NCBI GenBank assembly: GCA_965238075.1 | Contig: OZ250173.1 | Span: 416,001-480,000, forward strand | DNA: 64,000 bases | Source: Candidatus Entotheonellaceae bacterium | Lineage (GTDB): Bacteria > Tectomicrobia > Entotheonellia > Entotheonellales > Entotheonellaceae | Direction of reading: 5' to 3' | Shown: piece by piece, positions 60,525 to 64,000 of the stretch | Position numbering within the stretch: the first letter of the stretch is position 1 | Layout of the letters: each line of letters starts with the position of its first letter | Notes under the pieces: generated by a model | The model's input: the letters and a program-made list of their open reading frames with translations, nothing else | Databases searched by the model: none | What the model was told of the DNA's origin: nothing | Translations under genes and position numbers: made by a program

Positions 60525-60956
60525 TCATCCCCGCCGCCCCACCATGTAGGCATCGACGATTGCGTACACCCACCACAAGGGCGCAATGATCGTGGCCAGA
60601 GATGATTGCAGAACCGCAATGGCCGCAACCCAGACAGCGGCCCCGCAAAGCAAGACAAGGCCCTTCACAAATTGTCCGTTGTAAAACTGTCCCAGTCCGC
60701 ATATGAGCGACAGCACCGCGGCCAGCCATGGTCGCAAGACGCCGTGGTGCGCCACATAGGTCTGGGGGGCAACCTGGGTCACGTGGGTTGGCGCCCACTC
60801 AGCATCCATGAACGCCGTCGGGGGCGGCGCGGCGCCGAGGGCGGAAGACAGCGCCTGCACCACGCCGATGGGCAACGCCTCCCCGCAATGCGGACAGGCG
60901 TCCGCCATGTCTGCCACATGCTCGTGACAATGTGGGCAGTGAACATAAATGGCCAC
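60525..60956 (-). CDS. zinc-ribbon membrane protein
   Basis: CPHC..CPHC; LAAVLSLICGLGQFYNGQFVKG; AIVDAY. Confidence 0.7.
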   Translation of the reverse strand: MAIYVHCPHCHEHVADMADACPHCGEALPIGVVQALSSALGAAPPPTAFMDAEWAPTHVTQVAPQTYVAHHGVLRPWLAAVLSLICGLGQFYNGQFVKGLVLLCGAAVWVAAIAVLQSSLATIIAPLWWVYAIVDAYMVGRRG

Positions 60957-61027
60957 GCCGGGATCTCCCGTCGTCTGACGTAGGTCTTCCCTGCCCCGTC
61001 CGCGCGGACACGGCGTCGGGAAGGTTT

Positions 61028-61378
61028 TCAGTGATTTTTCAGGATGGTGTAGGCCTGTCGAATGGCTAACGTCTTGCGGTGCGCGAGCTGCTGAAACTCG
61101 TCACCCAAATGGCTGACACGGTCCGGATGATATTTGAGCAACTGGGCTTTGTAAGCCACATGAATCTCATCCGACGACGCGCCGGGCTCCAGTTCCAGCA
61201 CTTCCCACGGATCCAGCGGTTTGGCCCTGCTCGTCTCGGCAGCTTCGTCGCGGTCGCCGGTGGCTTGCGAATACGCGCCGGTGAGAGACGATGCCATGTG
61301 GGCGCGCAAACGCCGCACCAGCCAGTAAGTGCCCATGAACATGAGGCTGTAGAGGCCAAAGCGTATCAGCCAAGGCAT
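61028..61378 (-). CDS. membrane-anchored J-domain protein
   Basis: N-terminal TM; DPWEVL..AYK....YHPDRV..LG.EFQ. Confidence 0.85.
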   Translation of the reverse strand: MPWLIRFGLYSLMFMGTYWLVRRLRAHMASSLTGAYSQATGDRDEAAETSRAKPLDPWEVLELEPGASSDEIHVAYKAQLLKYHPDRVSHLGDEFQQLAHRKTLAIRQAYTILKNH

Positions 61379-61418
61379 ACCACTGCCCCCTCACCCGCTT
61401 GACGGAATCGTCGGCGGC

Positions 61419-62588
61419 TCAAACCACCACCCCCTCGCCCTGCAAATCGGCAATTTCAGTCTCGCTGTAGCCCAGCTCCATCAACACGTCATAGGTGTGC
61501 TCGCCCTGCTCCGGCGTCGGTGTGCGCACGCCGCCGGGCGTACGCGTCAGGGTGACCGGCGTTCCCAGAACCTCGATCCCGCCCAGCTTGGGGTGCGACA
61601 CGTTTTGGGCGATTTGCAGGTGCTGCACCTGAGGATCGGCGAAGGTCTGGTCGATCGTGTACACCGGCCCACAGGGGACGCCAGCGGCGTTGATCCGCTC
61701 CACCCACGCGGCAACGGTGCGATCCTTCAGACAGTCGGCGATGATGTCGTTGAGTTCATCCCGGTTCCGTTGCCGTTGCTGCGGGGAGTTGAAGCGTTCG
61801 TCGGTGTAGAGATCGTTACGATCGATCGCCTTGCAGAAACGCTCATATAGCCCCTGGCCTGCGGGGGCAATGTTCAGATAGCCATCCTTGGCCCGAAACG
61901 TATTGGTAGGCACACCAGTTGGGTGGTTGTTGCCGGCCTGCGGCGGGACTTCCTTGCCAATGAGCCAGCGGGTAGCCTGGAAGTCGAGCATTTGCACCAT
62001 CGCCTCCAGCAGCGAGGTGTGAATCCATTGTCCCTCACCGGACTGCTCGCGCTCGTACAGAGCCGTGAGCACGCCCATGGCCAGAAACATGCCGGCGGTG
62101 AGGTCGGCCACGGGAATGCCAACCCGCACCGGCCCGTTGCCCGGCAGGCCCGTCACGCTCATCAAGCCGCCCAGCCCTTGGGCGATCTGGTCGACGCCCG
62201 GACGGTTGGCGTAGGGCCCGGTCTGGCCGAAGCCGGAGATGCTCGCGTAGATCAGCCGGGGATTGAGCGGACGGAAGGTTTCGTAGTCGATCCCCAAGCG
62301 GTGCTTGACGCCCGGACGGTAGTTCTCCACCAACACGTCGGCGTCCCGCACCATGCGCTTGAGAATGTTGACGCCGCTGGCGTGTTTGAGGTTCAGCGTG
62401 AGGCTTCGTTTGTTACGGTGCAGGTTCTGGAAGTCGAAATGGTGCCGCCCCAATCCGGCGTGCTCGGCGGGATTCTCGACCTTCACCACTTGGGCGCCCA
62501 TGTCGGCGAGGTGCCGCACGCACGTTGGACCGGCACGCGCCCGGGTGAGATCGATAACTTTGATTTTGGACAGGGGAGGCAGATTCAT
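61419..62588 (-). CDS. CaiB/BaiF family III CoA transferase
   Basis: LTRARAGP, ADMGAQVVKVE, NKRSLTLNLK, ENYRPG, SGFGQTGP, VADLTAG. Confidence 0.92.
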   Translation of the reverse strand: MNLPPLSKIKVIDLTRARAGPTCVRHLADMGAQVVKVENPAEHAGLGRHHFDFQNLHRNKRSLTLNLKHASGVNILKRMVRDADVLVENYRPGVKHRLGIDYETFRPLNPRLIYASISGFGQTGPYANRPGVDQIAQGLGGLMSVTGLPGNGPVRVGIPVADLTAGMFLAMGVLTALYEREQSGEGQWIHTSLLEAMVQMLDFQATRWLIGKEVPPQAGNNHPTGVPTNTFRAKDGYLNIAPAGQGLYERFCKAIDRNDLYTDERFNSPQQRQRNRDELNDIIADCLKDRTVAAWVERINAAGVPCGPVYTIDQTFADPQVQHLQIAQNVSHPKLGGIEVLGTPVTLTRTPGGVRTPTPEQGEHTYDVLMELGYSETEIADLQGEGVVV

Positions 62589-62684
62589 ACGCGCGACTCC
62601 TTGGTTACGATTGCATGGTGGGGAATATGGGAGACGACGGCCGAACTCGCGTATCGTAAGACCCGTCCTTCAAAAGTGTCAAGC

Positions 62685-63131
62685 TCAGCGCCCGGTGCTC
62701 CCAAAACCGCCCGCCCCCCGACGGGTGGATTCGATCTCTTCGGGGCTAACACGATGCAGGGTGACCCGCGGCACAGGCAGAATCAGAAGCTGCGCCAAGC
62801 GTTCGCCAGCCTCCACGTACAGGGTTTGCCGCCGTCGATTCTCGACCAGCAGCTGCACCGAACCACGGTAATCGGCGTCAATGACGCCGGGATGAACCGA
62901 CAACCCGCGCTGAAAAACCGAGCTGCGTCCGAAAATCTGGCCGTACCAGCCGTGCGGAATTTGCAGGATGATCTCCAAGTCGATCCGGCACGCCACACCA
63001 GGCGGGAGCGCGTGATCTCCGGGGATCGCCAGATCGAAGCCGGCGGCGGCGGCATACCCCTTCCGCGGCATCAAGGCGCGCGGCGTCAAACACGCCACGC
63101 CAAGCTCAACGAGTGTATCCTGTGTCGCCAT
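62685..63131 (-). CDS. dut: dUTP diphosphatase
   Basis: All five motifs: AAGFDL, GRSS, GVIDADYRG, ERLAQL, RGAGGFGSTG. Confidence 0.92.
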   Translation of the reverse strand: MATQDTLVELGVACLTPRALMPRKGYAAAAGFDLAIPGDHALPPGVACRIDLEIILQIPHGWYGQIFGRSSVFQRGLSVHPGVIDADYRGSVQLLVENRRRQTLYVEAGERLAQLLILPVPRVTLHRVSPEEIESTRRGAGGFGSTGR

Positions 63132-63274
63132 GATCGTCCTCTGCCATTCGGTTTGCAGCGGCGACCGCTGGTCTGAAATGCCAAGCATTGCCCCGGCAGT
63201 CAATTCCTGGTACAAGACCTGATGCAACGTCAGGTTATCCTCGCCCTATCACGGAATTCGTCCAGGAGACAGTT

Positions 63275-63829
63275 GTGTACCCTCAGACGGTTATCCTGCA
63301 AAACGACATGGAAATCGAACTGTGGCCGATGACCCCGGACGACGCCCCGGCCCTCCTGGAGTTTTACCGCTCTCTGTCCCCGGAAGATCTGCTGTACCTG
63401 AGAGAGGACGTCACTTCCGCGGTATCCATGCAGCGCTGGATTGAGGGTATCGAAAGCGAACAGAACTGGCACCTGCTGGCAGGGTATGAAGGGCGGATTA
63501 TCGCCGACGGCGAGCTTGAGCGGCAGTTTTACGGCTGGTCACAGCATATCGGTGAATTACGCATCGTCGTTGACCGGATATTTCGCCACAGCGGTCTCAG
63601 CCGTCTCATCACCAACGAGATTCTGGCGCAGGCCGTCGATGAAGGGCTGTATAAGGTCATGGTGCAAATGACCGTTGATCAGCGTTCCGCAACCGGCATG
63701 TTCGAGAAGGTCGGCTTTCGCCACGAGGCCATTCTCAAGGATCACGCCCAGGACCAGCACGGTGAACTACGCGATCTGGTCATCATGTCCTACTTCACGG
63801 GCGATTTCCTGACCCAAACCTCGGAATGA
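63275..63829 (+). CDS. GNAT N-acetyltransferase
   Basis: LLEFYRSL..EDLLYLREDV, HIGELRIVV..FRHSGL, FEKVGFRHEAILKDH; AGGAG RBS before GTG 63275. Confidence 0.82.
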   Translation: MYPQTVILQNDMEIELWPMTPDDAPALLEFYRSLSPEDLLYLREDVTSAVSMQRWIEGIESEQNWHLLAGYEGRIIADGELERQFYGWSQHIGELRIVVDRIFRHSGLSRLITNEILAQAVDEGLYKVMVQMTVDQRSATGMFEKVGFRHEAILKDHAQDQHGELRDLVIMSYFTGDFLTQTSE

Positions 63830-63860
63830 CCCTCCCCCGCTGCCAACCGCTCGATGCCCA

Positions 63861-64000
63861 TCAGGTCGTGTACAGCGCATTAATCCGCACATATTCTTCG
63901 GTCAGATCGCAACCCCACGCGGTAGCTTGGCCGTTGCTCAGCCCCAGGTCCACGACGATGCGCACCTCCGGCGCTTGCAGGTAGGTTTCCAACGCCCCCA
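63861..64000 (-). CDS. argJ: ArgJ C-terminus (partial)
   Basis: Manual translation ...[32 protein letters not shown] matches the ArgJ C-terminal signature. Confidence 0.85.
   Translation of the reverse strand, partial: GALETYLQAPEVRIVVDLGLSNGQATAWGCDLTEEYVRINALYTT

Overview
GC-rich bacterial chromosomal segment, mostly housekeeping and metabolic genes. It holds a peptidoglycan-recycling operon (pncC/cinA-ldcA-serine hydrolase-mpl), tRNA-Gly, a hidden diheme c-type cytochrome lipoprotein, recJ, a type II secretion cluster (exeA, gspB-like/TPR, gspC-D-E-F-L-M, no pseudopilins), DUF1800-DUF1501-NHL, flavin/F420 oxidoreductases, leuA, trkA, dcd, moaD/moaE, oppDF, tRNA-Val/tRNA-Asp, an ACP-FAAL-acyltransferase fusion, folD, dut and the 3' end of argJ. 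The gene mix is reminiscent of Candidatus Tectomicrobia/Entotheonella-like organisms (inference only). The standout is an accessory island at ~29.78-34.07 kb, where three directly repeated XerC/XerD dif-like sites delimit two small gene cassettes (a trypsin-like protease; a DUF2513-like gene plus a broken membrane-peptide gene). The middle site is visible only after removing a group II intron (30680-33184, minus strand) inserted in its XerC arm. The intron's predicted EBS1 loop is complementary to that arm, suggesting a dif-site-homing intron inside a Xer cassette array. All calls come from reading the sequence and motifs by eye; no database searches were run.
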